Notes: a model not told the origin generated them from the letters alone. A stretch of 32,000 bases of DNA from Allobaculum fili (GCF_020969955.1 NZ_JAHDSX010000008.1:30001-62000), one strand, 5' to 3'. Shown: positions 1 through 8,727, numbered from the stretch's first letter. Numbers and translations: made by a program.

Positions 1-279
1 CTTGAAGGCTTCCGCTTCGGTCATGGAATGATAGGCAGTCGGAATGTTATTGGTCTCGAGCAGTACCTTTTTCATATTATCTGGGTTGTCGAGATACAGA
101 CCGACCTGCTGGTAGCAGTAATCAAGAAGTTCCTGATAGGTGTGCACATCCGCCATGCCGGAAGCTTTGGAGCTGATCGCCTTGTAATTGGCTTCCATCG
201 CTTTATACGTATCCGCGATGACCTGCTTTAAGATCTCTTCACTTAAAGCTTCGCGAATTGATTTTTGAATTTGTTCCAT
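1..279 (-). CDS. hypothetical protein, N-terminal part only (gene runs off the left edge)
   Basis: ATG at 279-277 is preceded by AGGAGGG plus 8 nt. 93 codons stay open to position 1 (MEQIQKSIREALSEEILKQVIADTYKAMEANYKAISS...). It is absent from the ORF track because there is no stop in the window. No family recognised. Confidence 0.6.
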   Translation of the reverse strand, partial: MEQIQKSIREALSEEILKQVIADTYKAMEANYKAISSKASGMADVHTYQELLDYCYQQVGLYLDNPDNMKKVLLETNNIPTAYHSMTEAEAFK

Positions 280-504
280 CCTGGTTTCCCTCCTGTCTTC
301 TATGATAAATCGCCCATCTGACTTTTTGCTTTACTTTGACCTTTTCGAATTGCGTCCGAAGTTTCGCTCAAAGACGGGCCACAAGCGGCAAAGCAAGCAG
401 ACCGGAGAGGCGGACAACGCACTAAACGCGACAAGAAGACAGGCTAGAGGAAAAGGCATGAACATTCACAGCCGCAGGTAAACCTGCTGCGAAGTTCTGG
501 AGAT

Positions 505-526
505 CCAAAAAAGGCATTCGCCTTTT
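505..526 (-). terminator. rho-independent terminator downstream of the symporter gene
   Basis: Stem AAAAGGC / GCCTTTT with a 4-nt loop. On the minus strand it is followed by a T-run (plus-strand A-run 507-512). It lies about 45 nt after the stop at 568. Confidence 0.5.
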
Positions 527-567
527 CAGGGAACGCCTTCAGTGAGAATTCAGTTTGTGCAATCGAA

Positions 568-1989
568 TTACTTCGAAGCCTGTGCTCTTTCGTGGAGCGC
601 TTCTTTGATTTCGAGTACTTTCTTCTTGCCCAGCGGGTACCAGAAGATGAGGATCAGAGCGATCAGAATGTAGCAGATGCCAGGAACCAGAGTCGCAACG
701 CTGTAGATGCTGTTGAGAACTTCCGGAGTCTGCGTAACAACCTGACCAGCTGTGGAAGACTGGTAGCCGATCCAGGTCAGTACGAAACCGCCAAGGCCGC
801 CGGCCAGAGCCTGACCGATTTTACGAGCGAAGGAGTATACGCCGTAGATGGTACCGCCATCGTTGTGGCCTGTTTTATACGTCTGGTAGTCAATGATGTC
901 GGTGATGAACGCCCAGATCATCAGGTTGAACAGACCGGATCCCATGTTTGCAAAGAGCAGGAATCCAACAAATACCCATGGGTTGGAAATCTTCAGGAAG
1001 AACATGATCAGATACAGGGCGCCGGCAAAAATCAGGGCAGCGGATGCAGATTCTTTCTTACCGAATTTTTTGGTCAGCGTTCCGGAGAACGGAGCCAGAA
1101 TCAGCGTGCAGGCTGTGGAAAGCAGACCGGCAGTGGACATTGCCGTGATATCACGGAAGTAGTCCTGGTAAAGATACATGTTGAAAGACTGAGTCAGAAG
1201 CATCGAGAGCAGCAGGAGAATGGCTGCAGCGATGATGGAAACGAGCGCGCGGTTTGTAGCGAGCGCTTTAACAATGTCACCCATCGTCTGTTTCTTGCCT
1301 TCCGGCTTATCTACAACGATGCGCTCTGTGGACCAGGAGTAGCAGAGGTAGTAGCAGATCAGAGCCAGTACCGCGAATACGCAGGCAACCATGAAGACTT
1401 TGTTGCCGTTCATAACCTGATCGCCGTCTGGCAGCTTGTCGTAGATGATCATCGGTGTCAGAGAACCAACGATAGCACCGGCGAACGCAGCGCCAAGGGA
1501 GCGGAAGGTAGAGAGAGAAGAACGCTGAACAGGATCGTCAGTCAGTACAGCAGCCATCGATCCGTAAGGAATGTTGATGGAGGTATACATGAAGCTTCCC
1601 CAGAGAATATAAGTAACGAAGATGTAAACAATTCGCCATGCCATAGGCAGGTTAGCTACCCATGGTACGAACAGAAGGATACCGGAGCATACCACCGGGA
1701 TCATCATGCGTTTGATCCAAACGCGGTAGCGGCCGTCAGCGTGAGCGACAGCGCGGTCTACGAGCTGACCCATACCGATATCGGTGAAGGCATCAACACA
1801 GCGTGCTACGAGGAACAGAGTTCCGACAATGGCTCCCGATACACCCAGGACGTTTGTGTAGAAAATCGTCAGGAAGCTGGACGCCATGATAAAGAAGAAG
1901 TCGTTGCCTAAATCACCCATCATGTAGCCGATTTTGTCTTTCAGACCGAACGGCTTCAGGGTAATATTTGCAGGATTTTCAATTTTCAT
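568..1989 (-). CDS. glycoside-pentoside-hexuronide (GPH) family cation symporter, probable glucuronide transporter
   Basis: 473-aa polytopic membrane protein. The N-terminus (KIGYMMGDLGNDFFF...FLTIFYTNVLG) is typical of the MelB/UidB/YicJ GPH family. It lies 152 bp downstream of the GH2 gene on the same strand. TAA stop. Confidence 0.9.
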   Translation of the reverse strand: MKIENPANITLKPFGLKDKIGYMMGDLGNDFFFIMASSFLTIFYTNVLGVSGAIVGTLFLVARCVDAFTDIGMGQLVDRAVAHADGRYRVWIKRMMIPVVCSGILLFVPWVANLPMAWRIVYIFVTYILWGSFMYTSINIPYGSMAAVLTDDPVQRSSLSTFRSLGAAFAGAIVGSLTPMIIYDKLPDGDQVMNGNKVFMVACVFAVLALICYYLCYSWSTERIVVDKPEGKKQTMGDIVKALATNRALVSIIAAAILLLLSMLLTQSFNMYLYQDYFRDITAMSTAGLLSTACTLILAPFSGTLTKKFGKKESASAALIFAGALYLIMFFLKISNPWVFVGFLLFANMGSGLFNLMIWAFITDIIDYQTYKTGHNDGGTIYGVYSFARKIGQALAGGLGGFVLTWIGYQSSTAGQVVTQTPEVLNSIYSVATLVPGICYILIALILIFWYPLGKKKVLEIKEALHERAQASK

Positions 1990-2141
1990 GCGATATAACC
2001 TTTCGTATTTAAGATGCGGATTGAATCAATCTGTAAGCCCGCCTTTTCCTGACTAGAGTTCTGGAGTCATCAGCAGCTCCGGCCAGGACGGCAGACGTAA
2101 AGCGGTAAAACGTGCGCATTAATGAAACTGCGGGATTACCC

Positions 2142-4430
2142 TTATTTCATAATTTTCTGAAGCTGAGAGTTGATGTAGTTGATCTTGCCTTCGAGCACTT
2201 TTGGATCCGGTGCCTGACCTCCAAAGCCAGTCATCATCGTGGCAAGATCCGAGAATTTCTTCGTTACAAACATGCCGAGCATAGCCGGTTTCATATTCAT
2301 GTTGGCCAGGGAAGAAAGTCCGTTGGAAAGAACCAGCGTAGCTTCTTCGTTTTTGAGGATGTCGCCAAAGGTGTCTTCGAGGGAGTAGAAGTCCGGGTTG
2401 ATGGTTACGGCTTCTACTTCATCCAGGTTCAGATCGTCGAACCAGTTGGTTACGCCGCCTGGGTTTTCATCCACGTAGATGTAGCTTTCTTCCGGTTCAG
2501 CCACTTTTTCAAAGACAGCACGGTCTGTCAGATTGCCGCACTGAACCGTGAAATGGTTTTCGCCGTCGTGCAGAGCAATGTCCTTGAACTCAACAACTTT
2601 CGCAGCAGGCAGAGAAGCTACTTCTTCGCCGTCGCGCAGCAGAACAACCGGAGCATTCTGGTTTGTGTAAACCTTGATATTGATGGTGTCTGTTGCACGG
2701 TTTCTGAAACGTTTGGAAGCGATGTGGATCATCGGTGTTTCAGACCAGTACGCCTGGTAAACAAAGTAGGAGTCTTTCTTGGTTTTGCGATCGAAGGTCA
2801 TCAGACCTTTGTTGTTGCGGCCTTTTACTCCGCCTTCGTCACGGTTGTCCGCACCGAAGTCGAACATGTTCCAGATGTGAGTAGCCCACAGCCATGGACG
2901 CTCGTCGATCATTTTGGCCATGTGTTCGTGGTACAGAGCCTGATACTCTTCGGAGTAGTCGCCGCGGCAAGGCTTGTCGGAATGGAAGGAAATGTTGCCT
3001 TCGCAGCCGTATTCGGAAATACCGAGGGCACGTTCCGGGTAGTTTGCGTGGAATGTGTCGAACCAGCCGTCATTGTCTTCCACGGTTCCGCCGTACCAGC
3101 CGAAGTAATGGTTGTAGGAGAGGATATCCGTGAGCTGGTTGTGGTTGCTCGTCATAGGAAGCGGAGAAACCTGTGCCATTGTGGAAACACGGGTTTTATC
3201 CATTTCGTGAACGATGTCGTTCAGCTCGCAGAGGTGCTCGTAGAGACCTTCGTTTTCACCGCCGATGGTGATTTCGTTGGAAATGCCCCAGGTAACGATG
3301 GAAGGATGGTTGTAGTTCTGAACAATCAGCTCTCTCATCTGTTCTTTCGCGTTTTCGAAGGCGTTTTCGCCTGCGATTTCCGCGGAGATGAATGGAATTT
3401 CTGCCCATACGATCAGACCGAGTTCATCGCAGAGATCGTAGAATTCCTGAGCGTGCTGGTAGTGAGCCAGACGGATGGTGTTGGCGCCGAGTTCCTTGAT
3501 CAGAAGCGCATCTTCCAGATGATCTTCGTAATCGAGTGCGTTGCCTTTGCTGGCACGGTCCTGGTGACGGCTCACGCCGCGCAGCGGAGTAAGAACACCG
3601 TTCAGGAAGAAGCCTTTCTGCGGATCTACGTGGAATTCACGGATACCGAGGCGGCCGGAAACTTCGTCAACCGTTTCGTTGTCTTCCATCACGCGGCATA
3701 CAACGGTGTAGAGGTAAGGATCTTTTACGCCGTTCCAGAGGTGCGCGTTTTTCAGATCAAACTCGAAGGAAGTCGTTTCTTTCGCCGGTTTGGTCTGTGT
3801 TGCAGCAATGTTTCCTTCTTCGTCGTAGATGGTTACTTCTGCGCGGTTGATCTTTTTCGGATTCGTTACATAAGTGGTTACATTGACTTTTGCATCGTTG
3901 TTTTCGTTGAGGATTTTGGAATCCATTGCGAAGCCAGGTCCGCTCAGGTAATCCAGATCAAAGTGAGTGTCTTCCACAACGATCAGATCTACACCGCGGT
4001 AGAGGCCGCCGTAGAACGTGAAGTCCGCTGTCTGGGGGTAGATGTGATTTGCGGAGTTGTCCACTGCAGCGGTGATGATGTTGTCAGCACCGAGCTGCTT
4101 GTTGAGCAGATCTGTGATGTCGAAGCGGAAAGTGGAGTAGCCGCCTTCATGACGTCCGGCCTTCGTTCCGTTGACATAAATGTCTGCCGAGGAGTTTGCC
4201 CCTTTGAATTCGATGTAAACGCGGCTTCCCGGTTTCATTTCGAATGTCGGAACATCAATCGTGTAGTAGAAAGTTCCACGCTGATAATCCGAACCGCCGT
4301 CTGTTCCGTCATACTTGTTCCAAGTGTGAGGCAGATCTACCGAGTAAGCAGTTTCGGAAACTTCCACAAAATTTTTGGGAGCTTCTTTAGAGAACTGCCA
4401 GCCTTCGTTTAAGGTGAGGTAATTTCTCAT
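2142..4430 (-). CDS. glycoside hydrolase family 2 enzyme, beta-glucuronidase or beta-galactosidase type (beta-glucuronidase favoured by context)
   Basis: 762 aa. It has the GH2 acid/base motif NHPSIVTWGISNEI, the nucleophile motif ISEYGCEG, WNMFDF, and an N-x-K element (GRNNKGL) at the position of the E. coli GUS NKK. A C-terminal extra domain is present. Neighbours are a GPH symporter and uxaC/uxuAB/kdgK/eda. Confidence 0.9.
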   Translation of the reverse strand: MRNYLTLNEGWQFSKEAPKNFVEVSETAYSVDLPHTWNKYDGTDGGSDYQRGTFYYTIDVPTFEMKPGSRVYIEFKGANSSADIYVNGTKAGRHEGGYSTFRFDITDLLNKQLGADNIITAAVDNSANHIYPQTADFTFYGGLYRGVDLIVVEDTHFDLDYLSGPGFAMDSKILNENNDAKVNVTTYVTNPKKINRAEVTIYDEEGNIAATQTKPAKETTSFEFDLKNAHLWNGVKDPYLYTVVCRVMEDNETVDEVSGRLGIREFHVDPQKGFFLNGVLTPLRGVSRHQDRASKGNALDYEDHLEDALLIKELGANTIRLAHYQHAQEFYDLCDELGLIVWAEIPFISAEIAGENAFENAKEQMRELIVQNYNHPSIVTWGISNEITIGGENEGLYEHLCELNDIVHEMDKTRVSTMAQVSPLPMTSNHNQLTDILSYNHYFGWYGGTVEDNDGWFDTFHANYPERALGISEYGCEGNISFHSDKPCRGDYSEEYQALYHEHMAKMIDERPWLWATHIWNMFDFGADNRDEGGVKGRNNKGLMTFDRKTKKDSYFVYQAYWSETPMIHIASKRFRNRATDTINIKVYTNQNAPVVLLRDGEEVASLPAAKVVEFKDIALHDGENHFTVQCGNLTDRAVFEKVAEPEESYIYVDENPGGVTNWFDDLNLDEVEAVTINPDFYSLEDTFGDILKNEEATLVLSNGLSSLANMNMKPAMLGMFVTKKFSDLATMMTGFGGQAPDPKVLEGKINYINSQLQKIMK

Positions 4431-4580
4431 GTTCTGTCCTTTCTGTACGTCTGTACTTGTTCTAAAAAGTTAAAGAGAAGTAAAGCTGAATGCTGCTGAG
4501 TGAAACAGCCTTGTAACCGCTTTTATTATTCCTGTTCATTAACTTTATGTTCACATTCTAAAAGTGCAAACGCTTTATCG

Positions 4581-4675
4581 AAATTGTTTAAATTGTGCCA
4601 AACATTGAATTTCTTGCGCCAGCTAAGGCGGGATTCCCACTGGATTTCCGTATTTGTCGACGTTTTGAATTTTAA
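4581..4675. repeat. copy A of a degenerate approximately 100-bp intergenic repeat module
   Basis: Ordered blocks AAATTGTTTAAATTGTGCC ... CCAAACATTGAATTTCTTGCGCC ... GGGATTCCC-N6-TTTCCGTATTTGTCGACG-TTTTGAATTT recur in the same order in copy B. Confidence 0.55.
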
Positions 4676-4939
4676 TTAGTTCTATTCGAGTTGTTTGATA
4701 TCCGGATTGCACATCCAGGCCGCCGAAGTTGAACGGTGCTGGCCAGGGAAAGAAATGAAAGGGTTTGTCATTTTTGAAAAATGTGAACGTTTGTGCCGTT
4801 TTCTGGGGGTTATGTCCTTCCCAGAACGAACTGCATTTTGTGCCGATCGTTTCATTTTCCTGCGGTTCCGATTATAGTCGCTCCGTTTATAAAACTTAAT
4901 TTATTTACATACTTTATTGTTGTTATGAGATTGTGAATT

Positions 4940-5097
4940 AAATTGTTTCAGATTGTGCTATCCCACCGTCAAACCATTTGAGTACAGAAAAAAACGGATC
5001 AAGGGAATTTTGCTGCGGGCATTCCTGGAGGGGATTCCCTTGTTTCCGTTTTGTCAACGAAGCCCCGGCTGCAGACCGGCTTTTGAAATCCTTCGAA
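4940..5097. repeat. copy B (expanded) of the same intergenic repeat module
   Basis: AAATTGTTTCAGATTGTGCT ... AAACCATTTGA ... AATTTTGCTGCGGG ... GGGATTCCC-N3-TTTCCGTTTTGTCAACG-(21-nt insert)-TTTTGAAATCC. The order is collinear with copy A, with insertions. Confidence 0.55.
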
Positions 5098-5118
5098 AAA
5101 AGTCCAGTACCGCACCTG

Positions 5119-5156
5119 AAAAAATCCGTCTTCTGCAGGCGTGCAGAAGGCGGATT
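5119..5156 (-). terminator. strong orphan rho-independent terminator (minus-strand orientation) inside the ORF-less spacer
   Basis: 15-bp stem AATCCGTCTTCTGCA / TGCAGAAGGCGGATT (one G-U pair) with loop GGCG. On the minus strand it is followed immediately by TTTTTT (plus-strand A-run 5119-5124). No annotated gene ends here. Confidence 0.55.
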
Positions 5157-6251
5157 TGGCGTCTTTTCGCGAATTTTCGGGTTTGTGTTTCCTGTTGTGT
5201 ATATTGCGGTTCCTGCGCACTTCCAAGCGTCTGCTGATATGGATTCCTGGCTTTTACAGTTTCCTGTTTCCCCTTTCATACAGGAGGCATTTTTTGCCAT
5301 CGGACACAGCACCTCCCATTTTCTTCGAGAACTTATGATCGGAAAAAGGATATCCAGTCTCCTGAAGAAATGTCGCCGATTCCGTCTGGCTTTCCAGAAT
5401 TCCCCTTTTGATCGGACATGCGTTCTGGGCCAAAAAAAGGAATACGAGCGTTGAATTTTATTTACTGTCTGCGGATTGGGATTGGATATCATCCGATCTC
5501 TTAAACAGTATTTTGAAATCCCGTTATTCGAATCGAACAAGTCCATTATTTTTTGTTCTATTGTTTCCCTGCTTACGACTGCCCGTTTACATGCTGCACA
5601 GGTCATCTTCCTTCTTTCGTCCTGCTTTCCACAAAGTCGGGCATGTGTCGAGCACATTGACTTTACGAAAAGAAAATGGCTCCGTTTGCTGATCTATATA
5701 TAAGCAAAACGACTCGACTGCTTTTCCAAACAATTGAGCCGTTTCTGCAAGGTTGAACTATGTGAATCTCATGAGAAGTCCAGACCGGACTTCACTACGG
5801 AAATCGGTTTCTTTTTCCAGAACATTCGAATTGACATCCTGTCCGCTGTCTTTCCGCCTTCCGTTCTCTGACTTTCCAGTTCCGTCCCTTTGTGGAAAAT
5901 CCGCAGCCGAAAATGGAAATTCGTTCGCGTTTTCCACTTGTAAAGACTTGCTCAAAACCTTGCATTTCTTGCTTCGAGCAGGCTTGCAAAAAGAGATTCT
6001 GCCCGTGAATGTCTACAATGAAAGCGAATCCGATGAATCAGTATTTTCTTGACATTCTCAGCTGTCTAGATCTCAGGAATCATTCATTTTTTCAGGGATT
6101 TTTCAGGCTGTACAGAACGTATATCGACGGCTTCTTTAGCTGTCTTTAATCTTCTGGCAGCTTTGTAAAACTCCGGATTCAGTTCTGGTCTTGCCAGAAT
6201 AAAACTCTTCTGCAGCCCTTGCAGGAGAGCGGAAAGCGAGGAACAGTAAAA

Positions 6252-8504
6252 ATGAAAGCAACAGAACAAATCAGAACTTTCCATAACGAAAACGGACCGG
6301 ACATCACAACTGTCGATCAGCCGGTCATCGAATCCGAAGGACTTTTCTTTAAGGACGTTGACGGATCCGGCGAGCTCAAAGCCTTCTCCGACTGGCGTCT
6401 TGATCCGAAAACCCGTGCCAAAGCCCTCACCTATGCCATGAGCACTGAGGAAAAAATCGGCCAGATTTTCGTTACCAGCCGCAACCCGTACACGACCGAA
6501 GGGTACATGGGCCGTCCTGCCGGCGGTTCCGATGGGAAAAACCTCAGTGACGAAACCGGACTGCTCGATGAAAACATTCTCGAAAATGTATCCATTTTCG
6601 CCGGCTACCGTCTGCCAGGAACCACCGAGGCCGTACGTCAGGACAGAATGAGAAATTTCATCCTGCGTACGAACCCGACACCGGCACAGCTGACCGACTG
6701 GCTCAACCAGATGCAGAACAAGGCGGAAAACAACGAACACTTTATCCCGGTTCTGGTGACCACAAACTCCCGTAACGAAAACGGTAAAGTCGTATTCGGT
6801 ATGAACGATTCCGTTGGTACGTTCCCGGCATGGCCTGGAACAATGGGTATTGCCGCTGCCGTACTTGGCACCGACAATACGGGCATCGCAAAAGAATTTG
6901 GCGAATCCATCCGCAAGGAATGGTACGCAGCCGGTCTGCGCAAAGGCTACATGTACATGGCTGACGTCGTTACCGATCCAAGATGGCAGCGTATTTACGG
7001 TACCTTTGGCGAAAATCCAGAACTGATCGAGTCCATCTTCGAAGAACTCGTACCTGCAGTTCAGGGATCCAAGGAAGGCGTTACCCAGGATGGCGTAGCG
7101 CTCACGATCAAGCACTGGCCAGGCGGCGGAGCTCGTGAAAACGGCTTCGACCCGCACTACAAAGAAGGTCAGTGGAACGTATACGCAACCGAAGGATCTC
7201 TCGAAAAGTACCACACAAAAGGATTTGGCCCAGCCATTCGCTACAACGCCGGCTCGATCATGCCTTACTACGCGAAGCCTTCTAAAGAGAAGAGCGCACC
7301 GCAGTACGGCAAGGACGGCAAGGAAATCCGCTGGATTCCTGTTGGCTTTGCGTTCAACGACTACATGATCAACGACCTGCTCAAAGATCAGCACGGCTTC
7401 AAAGGCTACATCAACTCCGACTCCGGTATCATCGACAACATGGGCTGGGGCGTAGAAGCTCTCGACCGTCCGGAACGTATTGCGCTGGCCATTAACAACG
7501 GCGTAGATATGATTTCCGAATCCTACGGCGTTTCCTACGCAAAAGAAGCGATGGAACGCGCGACAAACGGCTACTACGATACGCACCCGATCCCAGAAGG
7601 CTACACGATCGAACAGATCACTCTCGGTGAAGATGCACTGAACCGTGCCGTTGAAAAGACGCTCGAAGAAAAATTCGCGCTGGGCATGTTCGAAAACCCA
7701 TACCGCGATCCGCAGGTATCCGAACAGGCCATCACCCACAGCAATGACTGGGACAAGGCGATGAACGTTCACCGTCAGTCTGTGGTTCTGCTCAAGAACA
7801 CGAACAATACCCTTCCCGTTGTGGAAACCGAAGGCAAGCTGTTCTACATCGAAGGCTTCGACCAGACCGCTGAAGCCAGCGAAAAATGGACCGCAAGCCT
7901 GAGAGAAGAATTCGCTAAGGAAAACGTCACCCTTACGGATGACTATGCGAAAGCCGATTACGCGATTCTGATGGTTTCCCCGCAGTCCGGCAACTACTTC
8001 TCCGCAACCAAAGGTCTGCTCGAAATCGATCTTTGCGATGGCAAAGTTGTTGCTGACTTCAGCGAAGACGGCAAACCGCTCGAAACCACGCACGAAGAAA
8101 CGACAGCTGCCGGCATCAACCTCATTCCGGCTGTTGCTGAAGCCGTTCATGCGCATGGCGGCAAAGTCATCGGCACGCTGAACATTTCCCTGCCCTGGAT
8201 GCCGGGGAACCTCGAACCGTTCTGTGACGCTCTGCTCGCCGGATTCGATACATACACCAGCGCTTACCTCGATGTCATCTTCAACCGCTTCAGCCCGGTT
8301 GGCAAAATGCCGATCACGCTGCCGAAAAACGATGAAGTCATCGCAGTAAACAATGAAGGTGTCTGCATTTCCCACAACGACATCCCGGGTTATGCCAAAG
8401 ACGAATTCATGCCGGAAGAACTCAAGGATGAAAACGGAAAAGCATACGCTTACCGTGATTCCGAAGGCAGCTACTACGAGTACGGATTCGGTCTGCGCTT
8501 CTAA
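6252..8504 (+). CDS. glycoside hydrolase family 3 enzyme (beta-glucosidase/beta-hexosidase-like), cytoplasmic
   Basis: 750 aa. It has the GH3 motifs KHWPGGGARENGFDPH and GYINSDSGIIDNMGWG (Asp nucleophile region). No signal peptide. The ATG at 6252 is preferred over 6219 because GAGGAA lies about 9 nt upstream. TAA stop. Confidence 0.9.
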   Translation: MKATEQIRTFHNENGPDITTVDQPVIESEGLFFKDVDGSGELKAFSDWRLDPKTRAKALTYAMSTEEKIGQIFVTSRNPYTTEGYMGRPAGGSDGKNLSDETGLLDENILENVSIFAGYRLPGTTEAVRQDRMRNFILRTNPTPAQLTDWLNQMQNKAENNEHFIPVLVTTNSRNENGKVVFGMNDSVGTFPAWPGTMGIAAAVLGTDNTGIAKEFGESIRKEWYAAGLRKGYMYMADVVTDPRWQRIYGTFGENPELIESIFEELVPAVQGSKEGVTQDGVALTIKHWPGGGARENGFDPHYKEGQWNVYATEGSLEKYHTKGFGPAIRYNAGSIMPYYAKPSKEKSAPQYGKDGKEIRWIPVGFAFNDYMINDLLKDQHGFKGYINSDSGIIDNMGWGVEALDRPERIALAINNGVDMISESYGVSYAKEAMERATNGYYDTHPIPEGYTIEQITLGEDALNRAVEKTLEEKFALGMFENPYRDPQVSEQAITHSNDWDKAMNVHRQSVVLLKNTNNTLPVVETEGKLFYIEGFDQTAEASEKWTASLREEFAKENVTLTDDYAKADYAILMVSPQSGNYFSATKGLLEIDLCDGKVVADFSEDGKPLETTHEETTAAGINLIPAVAEAVHAHGGKVIGTLNISLPWMPGNLEPFCDALLAGFDTYTSAYLDVIFNRFSPVGKMPITLPKNDEVIAVNNEGVCISHNDIPGYAKDEFMPEELKDENGKAYAYRDSEGSYYEYGFGLRF

Positions 8505-8626
8505 TTTCCTTTCTGCTTACGCGGCATACACGCTGTTTTGAGAATACCGGCTTTCCCTTCCAGACGGTCTGGAATCTCGATCGATCCTGTGCACGAGGAA
8601 CAGCCCTTTAGCCGCTGACAAAACAA

Positions 8627-8727
8627 AGCACCAGATTTCCTTTCTCTGTCTCTGTTCAAGACTTTGCAGACCGGTTCTGCAGGTTGTGAATGGAAGACGG
8701 GACTGGATATCTGGTGCTTTTCTTTTT
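8627..8727 (+). terminator. compound terminator after the GH3 gene
   Basis: Outer stem AGCACCAGAT (8627-8636) / ATCTGGTGCT (8709-8718) is followed by TTTTCTTTTT. The long loop contains an inner hairpin, CTGCAGA..TCTGCAG. Confidence 0.5.

Noticed and set aside
28-231. 67-aa plus-strand ORF at the left edge
   Set aside because: It is antisense to the better-supported minus-strand partial gene, which has an AGGAGGG RBS and a natural ATG at 279.
2112-4412. 766-aa plus-strand ORF, with analogous long ORFs at 592..1911, 6084..8375, 24695..26296, 26378..27529, 29903..31147, 16980..17714 and 28751..29512
   Set aside because: Each is the codon-aligned reverse complement of a gene with clear family motifs. 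Their translations are V/F/R/G-rich low-complexity strings with no recognisable domains or RBS. They are explained by avoidance of TTA, CTA and TCA codons in the sense genes.
4566-4579. cre/LacI-type operator TGCAAACGCTTTAT, and the CG-centred pseudo-palindrome TGTGAACGTTTGTG at 4782-4795
   Set aside because: Only one half-site matches the TGNAANCGNWNNCA consensus, and the other half has two or more mismatches. This is not enough to call without a genome-specific matrix.
4938-5657. 239-aa minus-strand ORF and the cluster of overlapping ORFs at 4695-6052
   Set aside because: Several frames on both strands are open at once. The translations are R/K/S/C-rich, no RBS is present and no domain motif appears. 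The open frames are most simply explained by what looks by eye like strand-asymmetric base composition. The region is treated as non-coding or decayed.
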